Source of the DNA: Candidatus Bathyarchaeia archaeon
GTDB lineage: Archaea; Thermoproteota; Bathyarchaeia; Bathyarchaeales; Bathycorpusculaceae
Reading direction: 5' to 3'
Length of the DNA stretch: 60,120 nt
Assembly (NCBI GenBank): GCA_038882975.1
Contig: JAVZNE010000008.1
Span: 1 to 60,120, forward strand
Shown here: positions 45,755-55,813 of the stretch, one piece after another
Position numbering within the stretch: the stretch's first letter is position 1
How the letters are laid out: each line of letters starts with the position of its first letter
Position numbers and translations under genes: made by a program
Notes under the pieces: generated by a model
Databases searched by the model: none
Told to the model about the DNA's origin: nothing
What the model saw: only the letters and a program-made list of their open reading frames with translations

Positions 45755-47998
45755 CTAGAATTTTGGCTTTCTGCGGGTCTGAACTTGAACCTTTATGGTT
45801 GGCTTCTCAACTAAGCATTCTTTCAAATAGTCGTCTAGGGTGGCGGCTGGCACCACCTCAACTTTGTAGTCTCTTATGTCTATGGAGTGGTCGAAGTTTT
45901 TCTTTGGGATCACCACTTTTTTAAAGCCCCAAGCCTCGGCAGCCTTAATCTTCTCGTAGACGCCTCCAACAGCCGTTACTTGGATGGTGTCTCCTACGCC
46001 TAGGTTTATTTCACCTGTAACAGCCACATCTTGCCTTATGGGCTTACCTTCAATAAGCGAGCATAAGAGTATCGCCATTGTAACGCCTGCTGATGGTCCA
46101 TCAACACCATAGGATTGAGCAAAGTCTATATGAGTCAAGTAGTCTTGGGCTATATCTATGCCATACTTTTGGAGGATGACGCTTCTAACTTTTGCTATGC
46201 TGTCGGCTATGAAGCTCTGCCCTTTGGCGACACCGGTCACTTTATAATAGCCCTTAATCGGGTAGTTTCTTGGTAGTTCGCTGCGCTTAACCATGGTGGC
46301 CCTCACGCATAGCACACTGCCAGTCATCTCCCCACTGTATGGGTCTCGGACAACCGCCAAGCCGTAAATTTGCCCAAGCTTAACGCCCTCAGGCTTTATT
46401 TCAAGAAGTTTTCCTCTCTCGTTCATTTCGTGTTCGAGTATTTGCCTCTGGATGGTTTTGCAGTGGTTTTCTATGGCTTCTCGGACATGCCTTCTCTCAA
46501 CAAGTTGGCATCCCTCATTCATGGCAAGAGTAGCCGCGGTCTTAATGATAGAAATTAGCGGTCTGAAGCGTGTCGTTAAAGCATCCCTCTTGTTGCTTCG
46601 TCTCCGTCCTTCCTCAACTATTTCCTCGCATGCCTCTCTGCTGAAGGGGATAAGGTTGAAGCGTTTAACCTCTTGGGCTATGAACTGCACATATTTCCGC
46701 CTATTCTCAACAGTGTTTGGCATGTCATTATTCATCCTAACAACTTTGCCATAACCATAAATTCTGTCCATCAAAGCCGGGTGAATCTGGTTTATGCTGT
46801 CAAAGTTTCCGGCGCCCACAAGGAAGGTTAAGGCTGGGACAGGTTCAGTTGCGACAGCCATGGCTGCTGTGTCTCCGCCGTGCCAACGCCCCCTAATGGT
46901 TATTGGCAACTGTCCATCTTCAAGAACCGTTAGTAGCGTCACTGCCTCATCTGGGTCCAAGTTCTTAATCTCGTCGATGTATAATATGCCAAGCGAGGCT
47001 CTGTGAACGTCTCCGGCTGTAACCCTCTGATGTTCCGGAGTCCCCAAACCGCCAGTCTGGTATGGGTCCCAAGCTATTGAGCCGAAAAGCTGGGCGCTCC
47101 TGTGACCGGTAGCATCAACAAATGGCGCATGCCCCGAGCTATTATCAACTATGAGTTTTGGTATGTCGCTTTGCTGGGCTCCACCTATGCCCTTTAAAGC
47201 TCCTAAGCCTCCAATCCTCGAAAACCACCATATGAAGACGCCGAAGAATATGAGGCTTCCACCAGGAATAAACGTTAAAGGAACAACGCTCACAATCCTC
47301 CCTATAAAGTAATCCGTAAAATTGTAGTCATAATATTCCTGCAAGGGTTCGCCTAAATACATCGGATTCTCGTTCCACATTTGCCAAGCCTGATACATGA
47401 AATAGAAGCCTAAACCAATCAAAAATAATCCCATAATTATTAGGAATATTTGTAGGGCTTTCAAGCCAACCTTTGTGACAAACTTCCTCTTAAGCTCCTT
47501 CAACTGCTCCTTCTGGAGTATCTTTTTTCCTTCCCCAGCCGGATGTATAGAAATTCTAGGTTGGCTTGGCAAAACTGGGTTTTTCCAACATAAAATGTCA
47601 AAAAGCTTTATGCCCCTCTCTTTGTAAATTTGGGTTAACTTCTCAGCTAAAGCCCTTCCGATGAGGGACTTGCCAGTTCCCGGATCGCCGAGAAGAAGCA
47701 GATACGGTCCTGGACTTATGGCTGTTTTCGCAGAGGGTTTGGGCTTTTCTGGGCTGCTCCAGTTCTCATACCACTTGGTTTTCTCCAACCACTTCAGCTT
47801 ATGAACCCACTCGTCTAAGCACAAAAAGCACTCGTTTAGGGCTTGGTCCTGCCCAATAACCCAGTTTATCAGGTTGTCGTCTACCGGAAAGCCTTCGGTG
47901 CTCTCAAAGTTTCCCCAGTCCCACTTGACCCTAACCTTTCTACCATTAACGGTCCTCTCAAGTATTTCAACATCATTCCCAAAATAGTCCATAGACAA
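45755..47998 (-). CDS. lonB: Archaeal membrane-anchored ATP-dependent protease LonB
   Basis: VIGQD, GDPGTGKS, TM insert, LFGSIAWDP, YIDE, DGPSAG Ser and EKIKAA Lys dyad. Confidence 0.92.
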   Translation of the reverse strand: MSMDYFGNDVEILERTVNGRKVRVKWDWGNFESTEGFPVDDNLINWVIGQDQALNECFLCLDEWVHKLKWLEKTKWYENWSSPEKPKPSAKTAISPGPYLLLLGDPGTGKSLIGRALAEKLTQIYKERGIKLFDILCWKNPVLPSQPRISIHPAGEGKKILQKEQLKELKRKFVTKVGLKALQIFLIIMGLFLIGLGFYFMYQAWQMWNENPMYLGEPLQEYYDYNFTDYFIGRIVSVVPLTFIPGGSLIFFGVFIWWFSRIGGLGALKGIGGAQQSDIPKLIVDNSSGHAPFVDATGHRSAQLFGSIAWDPYQTGGLGTPEHQRVTAGDVHRASLGILYIDEIKNLDPDEAVTLLTVLEDGQLPITIRGRWHGGDTAAMAVATEPVPALTFLVGAGNFDSINQIHPALMDRIYGYGKVVRMNNDMPNTVENRRKYVQFIAQEVKRFNLIPFSREACEEIVEEGRRRSNKRDALTTRFRPLISIIKTAATLAMNEGCQLVERRHVREAIENHCKTIQRQILEHEMNERGKLLEIKPEGVKLGQIYGLAVVRDPYSGEMTGSVLCVRATMVKRSELPRNYPIKGYYKVTGVAKGQSFIADSIAKVRSVILQKYGIDIAQDYLTHIDFAQSYGVDGPSAGVTMAILLCSLIEGKPIRQDVAVTGEINLGVGDTIQVTAVGGVYEKIKAAEAWGFKKVVIPKKNFDHSIDIRDYKVEVVPAATLDDYLKECLVEKPTIKVQVQTRRKPKF

Positions 47999-48904
47999 CC
48001 ATTACACCCCTTAGACTTGCCAGTTCCCTTCCCCAACCTCAACAAAACCATCTCCACCGAATAATTATAGGGTTATTTCAGAAATGGCAATATGAAAAAA
48101 CCAATAACATCAACAATAACAGCTGCTAAAAATTCGACAAGCGAAAAACCTCTTTCAAAAATAAAGGCTGAGAAAAGCCTCATTTTACAACAAGAAGCAA
48201 AATGGTGAGTCGAAGATTAATGGATAAGTCAATGTGCATAGAAGCCTCTGCCTTAGCACGTTAAAGCTCAAAATGAAAAGCCATTTTTAAGCCCAAAATT
48301 GTAAAAGAAGCCTTTTAGTCGCTTTTCAACTCCGCTATTAAACCAAACTCATGGACTTCGCTGTTGCTTCCTAAAGAAACCGACGAAAATCTCCATGCCA
48401 AGCAGAAACCCATTAAACTTCGAAAGACTTCGAGGTTTCCAAGCACAAAGGAGGATATTGACAAGTGAACTTTTGAAAAAGGAGTGAATGTTAAGCCTCG
48501 TCCTGTTCGACGCTGCTCAAATGTTTTTGTTGTGGGCAAAAGAGGTTTTAAGCTGTTCACTTGGTTGATGCTTTTGTATACGCCAGCACCAGTTTTCGCT
48601 ACTGCTAATTTTTCACCAAGGCTTTTGGTTTGGGAAAGTTGTGCTGGTGAAGAGGCTTTTTCTGGGCTTTTCCGCCATGGATGTGGCAAGTTGTTTTATC
48701 TGGTGTAGGCTAAGTGCTTAATGTTTTTGAGTTTTATGGATTTTCCTTTTACTTCTAGGTTGCAATAGTTATATTGGTATTACTTTAAGATTTTACATAT
48801 CACCAGAGACTTCCGAAGGCTTCGTCGTATACAAAAGCATCGACAAAACTTCAAGTTTTAACCTTTTGAAAAAGGTTATGTGCCTTCAACGCCATTTTAA
48901 GCTT

Positions 48905-49453
48905 ATGAAAACTGGAGAAGTTATCCGGGAGTTTGTTGCCAAAGATGGACGCAAAGTAATCCTTAGAACCCTTAAGTGGGAGGACCTTGACGACTTACTA
49001 GACTTTATCAACTCGCTTGTTGAGGAAGGCGCAAACATCCTAAGAACTGAAAAAGTTTCAAGGGATGAGGAGATTGAATGGCTTTCTGGCATTCTCAAAC
49101 GTTTGGAGAGAGGCGAAATTTTCTGTGTTGCCGCAGAGGTGGATGGTCGTTTAGTGGCTAATTCTGAAATCATAAAAGGAACAGGTTGTTCAAGGCATGT
49201 GGGATTTATTGGCATCGCTATAAAGAAGGGGTTTAGGGGAATCGGTATAGGAACCGAAATGATGAAGGTTCTGCAAGAATACGCCAGAAAAGTGGGCTTG
49301 AAGGTTTTAGCTCTGTCAGTTTTTGCAAACAACCAGCATGCCATAAACCTCTACAAGAAGATGGGGTTCGTTGAGACCGGGCGGATTCCGAAAAGGTTTT
49401 TCAAAGACGGCGCCTACATAGACGAAATTATAATGACAAAAGTGCTTGAATAA
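48905..49453 (+). CDS. GNAT N-acetyltransferase
   Basis: FRGIGIGTEMM, NQHAINLYKKMGF. Confidence 0.9.
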   Translation: MKTGEVIREFVAKDGRKVILRTLKWEDLDDLLDFINSLVEEGANILRTEKVSRDEEIEWLSGILKRLERGEIFCVAAEVDGRLVANSEIIKGTGCSRHVGFIGIAIKKGFRGIGIGTEMMKVLQEYARKVGLKVLALSVFANNQHAINLYKKMGFVETGRIPKRFFKDGAYIDEIIMTKVLE

Positions 49454-49889
49454 GCTGGTGAAAATCTTGGCAGGCTTTAAGGTTTACAATACCACTTACA
49501 CATTTTCCACAAAAGGCGAAATAGAATTTATAGACTTAACCGACAAGGTTCAAGAGGCGGTTTCCCGCTCCGGCGTAAAAAACGGCATAGTACATGTTTT
49601 CGCTCCTCATGCAACTGGAATCCTAATTCTAACTGAAAGCGAGTATGGCCTACTAAATGACATTAGGGCTTTGCTGGAAAAGTTGGTTCCAAAAGGCGCC
49701 AGTTATATGCATCCTTCAAATGCCCATTCCCATTTAAGGTCTGTTTTGCTTCCTCCAGACAAGACACTGCCTGTTGTTGATGGTAGGGTGGAGTTTGGGA
49801 CATGGCAGTCTCTCGTGTTTGTTGAGACAGACGTGCACCCAAGAAGAAGAACAGTAATTGTTCAGGTGATTGGTGAAACAGGTGAATAA
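49446..49889 (+). CDS. yjbQ: YjbQ/UPF0047 family protein
   Basis: PHATG, NAHSHLRS, GTWQS. Confidence 0.9.
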   Translation: MNKLVKILAGFKVYNTTYTFSTKGEIEFIDLTDKVQEAVSRSGVKNGIVHVFAPHATGILILTESEYGLLNDIRALLEKLVPKGASYMHPSNAHSHLRSVLLPPDKTLPVVDGRVEFGTWQSLVFVETDVHPRRRTVIVQVIGETGE

Positions 49890-49923
49890 AAGCGCACAAA
49901 ATAGTCACATGTGATGGCTTTCA

Positions 49924-50064
49924 TTATTTCTTTTCAATTAGCTTTTTGATTTCTTCTATGCGTTTTGTTAATTCTGCAAGTTCTGCTTCCAGCTCTTTCT
50001 TATAGTCTTGTAAGGCTTTCAATTCCTCCGCCGGGTCGGTTGGGTAGTAGGGGTTCTCGCCCAT
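49924..50064 (-). CDS. 46-aa coiled-coil ORF (DUF5320-like C-terminal part)
   Basis: MGENPYYPTDPAEELKALQDYKKELEAELAELTKRIEEIKKLIEKK. Confidence 0.5.
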   Translation of the reverse strand: MGENPYYPTDPAEELKALQDYKKELEAELAELTKRIEEIKKLIEKK

Positions 50065-50070
50065 AAAAAT

Positions 50071-50382
50071 ATGCAACACCAATGGCGAAAACGCCACAGA
50101 CGCGGCAAAATCGGGAGACCATCAAAACCAGTGGCAACGACAACAACAAACCTCCCAGAAAAGTTTGAGCCAACCCCCAAGAGGAACGTAGAACCGATTT
50201 TCCTAGAACCAGCAGAGATAGAAGCCCTAAAACTTGTGGAATTGGAGAGGCTAACTTTCGATGAAGCCGCCGCAAGAATGAAAGTTTCAAGAAACACTGT
50301 CTGGAGACTGGCTGAAAAGGCAAGAGAAAAACTCGCTAGGGCTATTGTCGAAAGCAGAGAAATCCTCATACAACACGAATAA
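50071..50382 (+). CDS. DUF134 HTH domain protein
   Basis: GRP, EIEALKLVELE, AAARMKVSRNTVWR..AREKLA. Confidence 0.88.
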   Translation: MQHQWRKRHRRGKIGRPSKPVATTTTNLPEKFEPTPKRNVEPIFLEPAEIEALKLVELERLTFDEAAARMKVSRNTVWRLAEKAREKLARAIVESREILIQHE

Positions 50383-50681
50383 CAAACTTCGTGGAGCAAC
50401 CAACATCGTCGGTATATTGTTTTTCAAAGAATTTTTAATAAATTATCACGCATTCTCCAAAGGAACAATTTATTTTTTCATGTTTTTGCATAAAATTCAT
50501 ATTTCGTAAAATTTACGCATAAAAGAAAAAGGGGAAACATTGTTTTCTATATCGTGTTAAATTCAAGAAAAATCTTACAAAACATGCCGGCATGTTTTCT
50601 GAAGCATGTCACTGCGTGAATTGGCGATGCGGAAAACTTCTTGAACGTACCTTTCTTCATGTATATTTAAGGTTCGTTTCT

Positions 50682-50741
50682 TTTCGAGTTTCCGAAACAT
50701 TTTATAGGGGCTTTTATGTCTAAAATTACGAGTGCTCGTAA
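50682..50741. promoter_or_regulatory. Two related palindromic operators flanking a TATA box upstream of DtxR-feoAB
   Basis: TTTCGAG-TT-TCCGAAA (50682-50697), TTTATA (50701-50706), TTACGAG-TG-CTCGTAA (50726-50741). Confidence 0.55.
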
Positions 50742-50744
50742 AAT

Positions 50745-51443
50745 TTGGTGAAACTCGGGTTGACTTTAGAGCTTTCCCATGAGGCTGAGGAGTATATAGA
50801 AGCCATCTACAAGCTTCAGAAGAGGAGCGGAGTTGCCAGAACAAAGGAGCTAGCCGAGGAACTGAACGTTGTGCCTGGCTCTATAACGAATACTATTGCA
50901 CATCTGGAGAAGCATGGACTTGTGGAGCACACGCCATATCGGGGCGTGAGGCTCACTGCAGAAGGAGAGAAGCTTGCCCTAACCATTATTAGGAGGCATA
51001 GGCTTGCCGAGAGGCTTCTCACAGACATTTTGGAGGCTGAGTGGAGCGACGTCCACGAAAGCGCCTGCAAGCTTGAACACGCATTAACAGAGGATGTGCT
51101 ATCCCTCCTGGAAAGGAGGCTTGGCTATCCAAAATTTTGCCCGCATGGAAATCCCATACCCACGGAAAGTGGCGAAGTTAGTGATGTTGAATGTTTTCCG
51201 TTAACATCAGTCGCTGTAAACCAGACATACACCATCGCCAAAATCATTAATGAAAAGAGGGAGGTACTGCTCGCGTTGGTTGCTAAGGGAATAAAGCCCA
51301 ATGTTCCAGTTCACATAGTTAAGGTGAGGCGGAAGGACATCGTTTTTCGCGTTGCCGGAAAAGAGCAGACGATAAGCCACAAAGAAGCTGAAAGCATCTG
51401 GGTTAAAACCACAGAGGTGAAAACAAAAAATGTTCAAGAATAG
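50745..51443 (+). CDS. DtxR/IdeR metal-dependent repressor with FeoA-like domain
   Basis: EEYIEAIY, RRHRLAERLL, ACKLEH, CPHGNPIP. Confidence 0.93.
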   Translation: MVKLGLTLELSHEAEEYIEAIYKLQKRSGVARTKELAEELNVVPGSITNTIAHLEKHGLVEHTPYRGVRLTAEGEKLALTIIRRHRLAERLLTDILEAEWSDVHESACKLEHALTEDVLSLLERRLGYPKFCPHGNPIPTESGEVSDVECFPLTSVAVNQTYTIAKIINEKREVLLALVAKGIKPNVPVHIVKVRRKDIVFRVAGKEQTISHKEAESIWVKTTEVKTKNVQE

Positions 51444-51732
51444 GCGGAACCCCCAAAAACAAGGCGAGTCGAAAAACGAGGGAGAATTATACGCCCTAAC
51501 AGACCTTGCTGAGGGCGAGAAAGGTATAATAATCAAGGCTGTGGGAGGCTTTGGTCTTGTTAGAAGACTTGCTGAGATGGGTTTAACACCGGGGGTTGAG
51601 GTTAAACTTTTGAGGAAGGGGTCTTTCGGCGGACCTGTCGAAGTCGAGGTTAGGGGTGTAGCCCTAGCACTTGGACGGGGAGTAGCCTCAAGAGTTCTGG
51701 TTAAACCAGTCAAGGATGAGCCTCATGACTAA
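51430..51732 (+). CDS. feoA: Ferrous iron transport protein A
   Basis: RRLAEMGLTPG, GPVEVEVRG, LALGRG. Confidence 0.92.
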   Translation: MFKNRRNPQKQGESKNEGELYALTDLAEGEKGIIIKAVGGFGLVRRLAEMGLTPGVEVKLLRKGSFGGPVEVEVRGVALALGRGVASRVLVKPVKDEPHD

Positions 51733-53677
51733 GCAACTGCGAGTGGCGCTTGCAGGAAACGCCAACGTCGGAAAAAGCGCCATATTCAACCAGCTCACGG
51801 GCTTAAATCAAGTTGTTGGAAACTGGCCCGGCAAAACTGTGGAACGCGCGGAGGGAACCCTACATTTTAAGGGCTACACTATACGTGTTATTGATTTGCC
51901 CGGCATATATTCGCTTTCAACTTTTTCTATCGAGGAGATTGTTTCGCGGGATTATATTGCCGTTGAAAAGCCAGACATCATAGTTAATGTTGTTGACGCT
52001 TCAGCCTTAGAACGGAACCTCTACTTTACGTTGCAGCTTTTAGAACTTGAAGCGCCAGTGGTGATGGCACTAAATCAGGTGGACTACGCGGCTAAAAAGG
52101 GCATACGCATAAACGCTGAAAGGCTTTCGGAGATTTTAGGCGTTCCAGTCGTCCCAACAGTGGCAATCACTGGAAGTGGAATAAACGAGCTTCTAACAAC
52201 GGTTATTGCGGTGGCAAGCGGCGAAAAGAGGCTTCAACCCTTAAAGGTTAGGTTTGGAGCTGAGGTCGAGAAGCGGGTTCACAAGCTCCAAAAAATTGTG
52301 GAGGCTTATGTTCCACAAATTTGCGAAGTTTACCCGGCAAGATGGATTGCCACAAAGCTTCTGGAAAGGGACAGCGACGTGGCTGGTAAACTAAAAAACT
52401 TTAAAGGTGGAGCAGAAGTCTTAGAGCATGCCGAAAAGCTTGCAGCCGAACTGGAAAAACTACATGGTGAGCCCTCCCCGGTCATATTAGCCTCTGAAAG
52501 GTATTCCATTGCAAGCAAAATAGCGAAAGAAGTCACCATTGAAGAGGCACCTCCAAGGATAAGCCTTGAACAGAAACTTGACGCCATAACAACGCACAAA
52601 GTCCTCGGATATCCCATTTTGGTAGGCGTTGTTATGGCAATGTTCTCGCTAATCTTTATTGGTGGAAGCCTTTTCTCCGGAATTTTAGAGTCCATCCTCG
52701 GCGGCATCACACTATACATTGAGGAGGTTTTGGCTTTTCTGCCATCAGCCGCCAGAAGCCTCATCACCAACGGGTTTTTTGGCGGAATAGTGGCTGGAAT
52801 AACCATAGCCCTGCCATACATTGTTCCCTTCTACATAATTCTAGCCCTCCTTGAGGATAGTGGCTATTTGCCGAGAGCCGCCTTCCTAATGGACAATTTG
52901 ATGCACAAAATAGGTTTGCATGGAAAGGCTTTCATACCCCTAATTTTGGGTTACGGCTGCAGCGTCCCAGCATGCATAGGCTGCAGAATAATGGAAACCC
53001 AGCGGGAACGCCTCCTAGCAGCCTTTGTGGTGACGCTTGTTCCATGCGCCGCCAGAACAGTCGTCATTCTAGGGCTTGTAGGAAGATTTGTTGGATTACA
53101 CGCTGCACTAGCCCTATACATATTCAACCTAATCCTCATCTTCATCCTTGGCAGAATAGCCTTCAAAGTGTTGCCGGGGGAACCCGTCGGCTTAATAATG
53201 GAAATGCCCCCATACAAAAAGCCTTCACTAAAAAATGTCCTAACCAAAACATGGAACAGAACAAAAGACTTTGCCCACATAGCCTTCCCAATAATTGTGG
53301 CTGGAAGCCTAACAATAACAGCCCTAAACATCACAGACTTCATTAACTACATAACCGCTGGGGCACAACCACTAATAAGCGGCTGGCTTGGACTTCCAGT
53401 GGAGGCCGGAATCCCGCTGATTTTCGGCGTTCTACGCAAAGAACTAGCCCTAATTATTCTATCACAGCTAATCCCCCTTGAGTCGCTTTCAGCCCTACAA
53501 ATGATTGTATTCGCCCTAGTCATAATGGTTTATATTCCATGCATAGCCACAATCGCCGCCCTAATAAGAGAATTCGGATGGCGAAAAGCTCTAGCAATAA
53601 CTTTCACAGATATCGCCCTAGCCCTATTTTTAGGAGGAATAGCCTACAGAATCTTGCTAATATTTATGCCTTCATAA
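51716..53677 (+). CDS. feoB: Ferrous iron transport protein B
   Basis: GNANVGKS, GNWPGKTVE, DLPGIYS, EDSGYLPRAA, GYGCSVPA, YIPCIAT. Confidence 0.96.
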   Translation: MSLMTKQLRVALAGNANVGKSAIFNQLTGLNQVVGNWPGKTVERAEGTLHFKGYTIRVIDLPGIYSLSTFSIEEIVSRDYIAVEKPDIIVNVVDASALERNLYFTLQLLELEAPVVMALNQVDYAAKKGIRINAERLSEILGVPVVPTVAITGSGINELLTTVIAVASGEKRLQPLKVRFGAEVEKRVHKLQKIVEAYVPQICEVYPARWIATKLLERDSDVAGKLKNFKGGAEVLEHAEKLAAELEKLHGEPSPVILASERYSIASKIAKEVTIEEAPPRISLEQKLDAITTHKVLGYPILVGVVMAMFSLIFIGGSLFSGILESILGGITLYIEEVLAFLPSAARSLITNGFFGGIVAGITIALPYIVPFYIILALLEDSGYLPRAAFLMDNLMHKIGLHGKAFIPLILGYGCSVPACIGCRIMETQRERLLAAFVVTLVPCAARTVVILGLVGRFVGLHAALALYIFNLILIFILGRIAFKVLPGEPVGLIMEMPPYKKPSLKNVLTKTWNRTKDFAHIAFPIIVAGSLTITALNITDFINYITAGAQPLISGWLGLPVEAGIPLIFGVLRKELALIILSQLIPLESLSALQMIVFALVIMVYIPCIATIAALIREFGWRKALAITFTDIALALFLGGIAYRILLIFMPS

Positions 53678-53689
53678 CGATGTTGGAGG

Positions 53690-53805
53690 CGCCGGGGGTG
53701 GGATTTGAACCCACGCGGCCCTTTCGGGCCACAGGCTTAGTGGCATTTTGACGTTTAGGCGGTTTGTCTCCAGGCCTGCTCCCTACCTGACTAGGAGACC
53801 CCGGC
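53690..53805 (-). tRNA. tRNA-Ser(GGA) with a 30-nt intron at 37/38 (53738-53767)
   Basis: GCCGGGG/CCCCGGC acceptor, CAGGC-CT-GGA-G[intron]A-GCCTG, long variable arm, GGTTCAAATCC. Confidence 0.9.
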
Positions 53806-53863
53806 TTATTTTGCGCTAATATTGTAATGCTTATTTATTTGTCTTATAATTATCCCTTTTCCG

Positions 53864-54100
53864 GTGTTTCCTTTGGAGTTTAGCGGGAAATATTTGAGAA
53901 ATGTTTTATTTGGATTTTTTATGTCGCTTGGTATGTCTTTCGCTATGTCTTTGGTTCTCACATTAATCAATTTGGGTCTTGTTCCAGATTTTCCGATGAG
54001 GTGGTTTAGAGCCTTTTTAATTGGTTTTGCCGTGAGTTTTCCAGCTTCCTTAGTTATCATTCCAGCTGTGAGGAGAATTGTGGATAGGTTGGCCAGATGA
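53864..54100 (+). CDS. DUF2798 family membrane protein
   Basis: FMSLGMSFAMS, FPMRWFRAFLIGFAVSFP. Confidence 0.75.
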   Translation: MFPLEFSGKYLRNVLFGFFMSLGMSFAMSLVLTLINLGLVPDFPMRWFRAFLIGFAVSFPASLVIIPAVRRIVDRLAR

Positions 54101-54108
54101 AGAAGGCA

Positions 54109-54729
54109 TTATTTTTTCTCGGCCATTAGTACTCGGTAGCCGCTTTCCCTTGCCAGTATTGTGCAGTTGCCAAAGGCCTCTTCAAAGATTTGTTGGAGCC
54201 TTTTTCCGCCGATTTTTGACTTTACAACCATTTGGATTGTAGCCTTTTTAGTCATGTGTTTTGGGGCTTCTGTTATTATGGCTTTTACCGTGGCTAGTCC
54301 GGCGCTTACGGGTGGGTTTGATAGTATACAGTTAAAAAGCGTGTCTTTGACCGGCTGGTATAGGTTTCCTTTTCTTACTTCGGCATTGTAAACATGGTTT
54401 AGTCTAATGTTTTGTCTTGCAAGTCTTAGGGCTCTCTCATTTACGTCCACCATGACCACGTGAAGTTTCGGGTTGAGTTTTGCGGCTGCAATTCCAACAG
54501 CCCCATAGCCGCATCCCATGTCCAAGACATAGCCAGTTTCTGGGAGAACCATAGCCTCTATTAATAGTCTTGTGCCCAAGTCCACACGCTTTTTTGAGAA
54601 AACTCCGGAGGCTGTTAGAAACTTGAAGGGCATCCCCCTTAACCTTGTTTGGATTATTCCAAACCGCGGCTTCGATTTTGGCTTTGGCGCAAAATAGTGG
54701 TCGGTTTGGCTGCTTTTGCCGTTGGGCAT
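54109..54729 (-). CDS. RsmC-like small methyltransferase
   Basis: HYF, GVFSKKRVDLGTRLL, DMGCGYG, SNPP; ATG 54729 coupled to the cbf5 stop. Confidence 0.88.
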   Translation of the reverse strand: MPNGKSSQTDHYFAPKPKSKPRFGIIQTRLRGMPFKFLTASGVFSKKRVDLGTRLLIEAMVLPETGYVLDMGCGYGAVGIAAAKLNPKLHVVMVDVNERALRLARQNIRLNHVYNAEVRKGNLYQPVKDTLFNCILSNPPVSAGLATVKAIITEAPKHMTKKATIQMVVKSKIGGKRLQQIFEEAFGNCTILARESGYRVLMAEKK

Positions 54730-55756
54730 TATATTTCGCCGCTTTTCCAACATTTTGGATAAGTTCCCCGAGGCATTAAAACCCTTTTAACTTTGGCGAC
54801 TACGCCGTGTTCCATGTTTAGGATTTCCTCTGTGGATGCTTCAGCCACTGCCAAGGCTACCGCCTCACCTTTTAGCGTGAATATCGCCACTACAGATCCA
54901 GCGCTTATTCCGGTTTCGATGGATAAAACGCCCGGCGCAGTTAGGTTTGCGCCGTGACATATGGCGTCGACAGCTGAGTCCCGAATGTAGATTTTCGGCA
55001 CGAGCGCTAGGGCTTTCTCCATGGGCTGAATAATCTTTTTTAGAACCGCGTTTTCTCCGTTTTTTTTCCATTCCATAAACCAGTAAGCCACATCATGCAG
55101 CGTCACCATGCCATCTTCCTCAACGAAGGGTCCAGCCCTTGTTCTGCGGAGCTCCTGCATGTGCGCTCCACAGCCGAGAACCTCGCCGATGTCAAAGCAT
55201 AATTTGCGAATGTATGTGCCGCCCTCGCAGCCAACCTTAAAAAGCACATTTCGCCCATCCATTTCGAGGAAATCGATATAATAGATTCGTCTCGTGCGGA
55301 GCTGGCGCTTAACAGACGCCCTTAATGGTGGTCTCTGATAAATTGTGTCTTCAAATTCTTTCAGCACATCCTTCACACGTATTTCGCTCACGTCTCCGTG
55401 GAGCCTCATTAGGCAGACGTATTCTTTGCCGCTTAAAAGGAGGGCTTGAACAACCTTCCTAGACTCCTCTAGGGTTATTGGCAGAACGCCGGTCACGTTG
55501 GGGTTTCCCCAGCCCCTTTTTAGGCTTCTAGGGTCCCACCGTGACCAACGTTCTGAACGCCCAGTATACGCTTAACCCATGCGGCTACTTCGTGGCTTGT
55601 TGGTCCAGCTGGCTTATCAAGATTTATGACGCCGAATCTTATGTATTCTTTTGCCGGGCGTTCTTCTGGTTTGCAGCCATACTTTGTGTCTGTTTCTCCC
55701 TCAGCCTTAACCACCAGCTCGCGTTTAACCTCCCATGGGGGAACACTTCTAGGCAT
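54729..55756 (-). CDS. cbf5: H/ACA RNA-guided pseudouridine synthase Cbf5 (TruB family), two exons 55756-55528 and 55504-54729
   Basis: [17 protein letters not shown]|D|PNVTGVLP after removing 23 nt, GTYIRKL, PUA domain; spliced length 334 aa. Confidence 0.92.
55505..55527 (-). other. Bulge-helix-bulge pre-mRNA intron in cbf5
   Basis: AAGCCTAAAAAGGGGCTGGGGAA; helix CCCU/GGGG, bulges AG|A and AA|A, inner stem AGCC/GGCU. Confidence 0.85.
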
Positions 55757-55813
55757 TTCGATAGAACACCTCTGACAATTAGAAAATGTAAGCAGGAATT
55801 AAATAATGATTTG

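Noticed and set aside
48000-48860. ORFs 48315-48689 and 48484-48708 and nearby short hydrophobic frames
   Set aside because: No recognisable motifs; possibly a decayed gene, but I cannot assign it.
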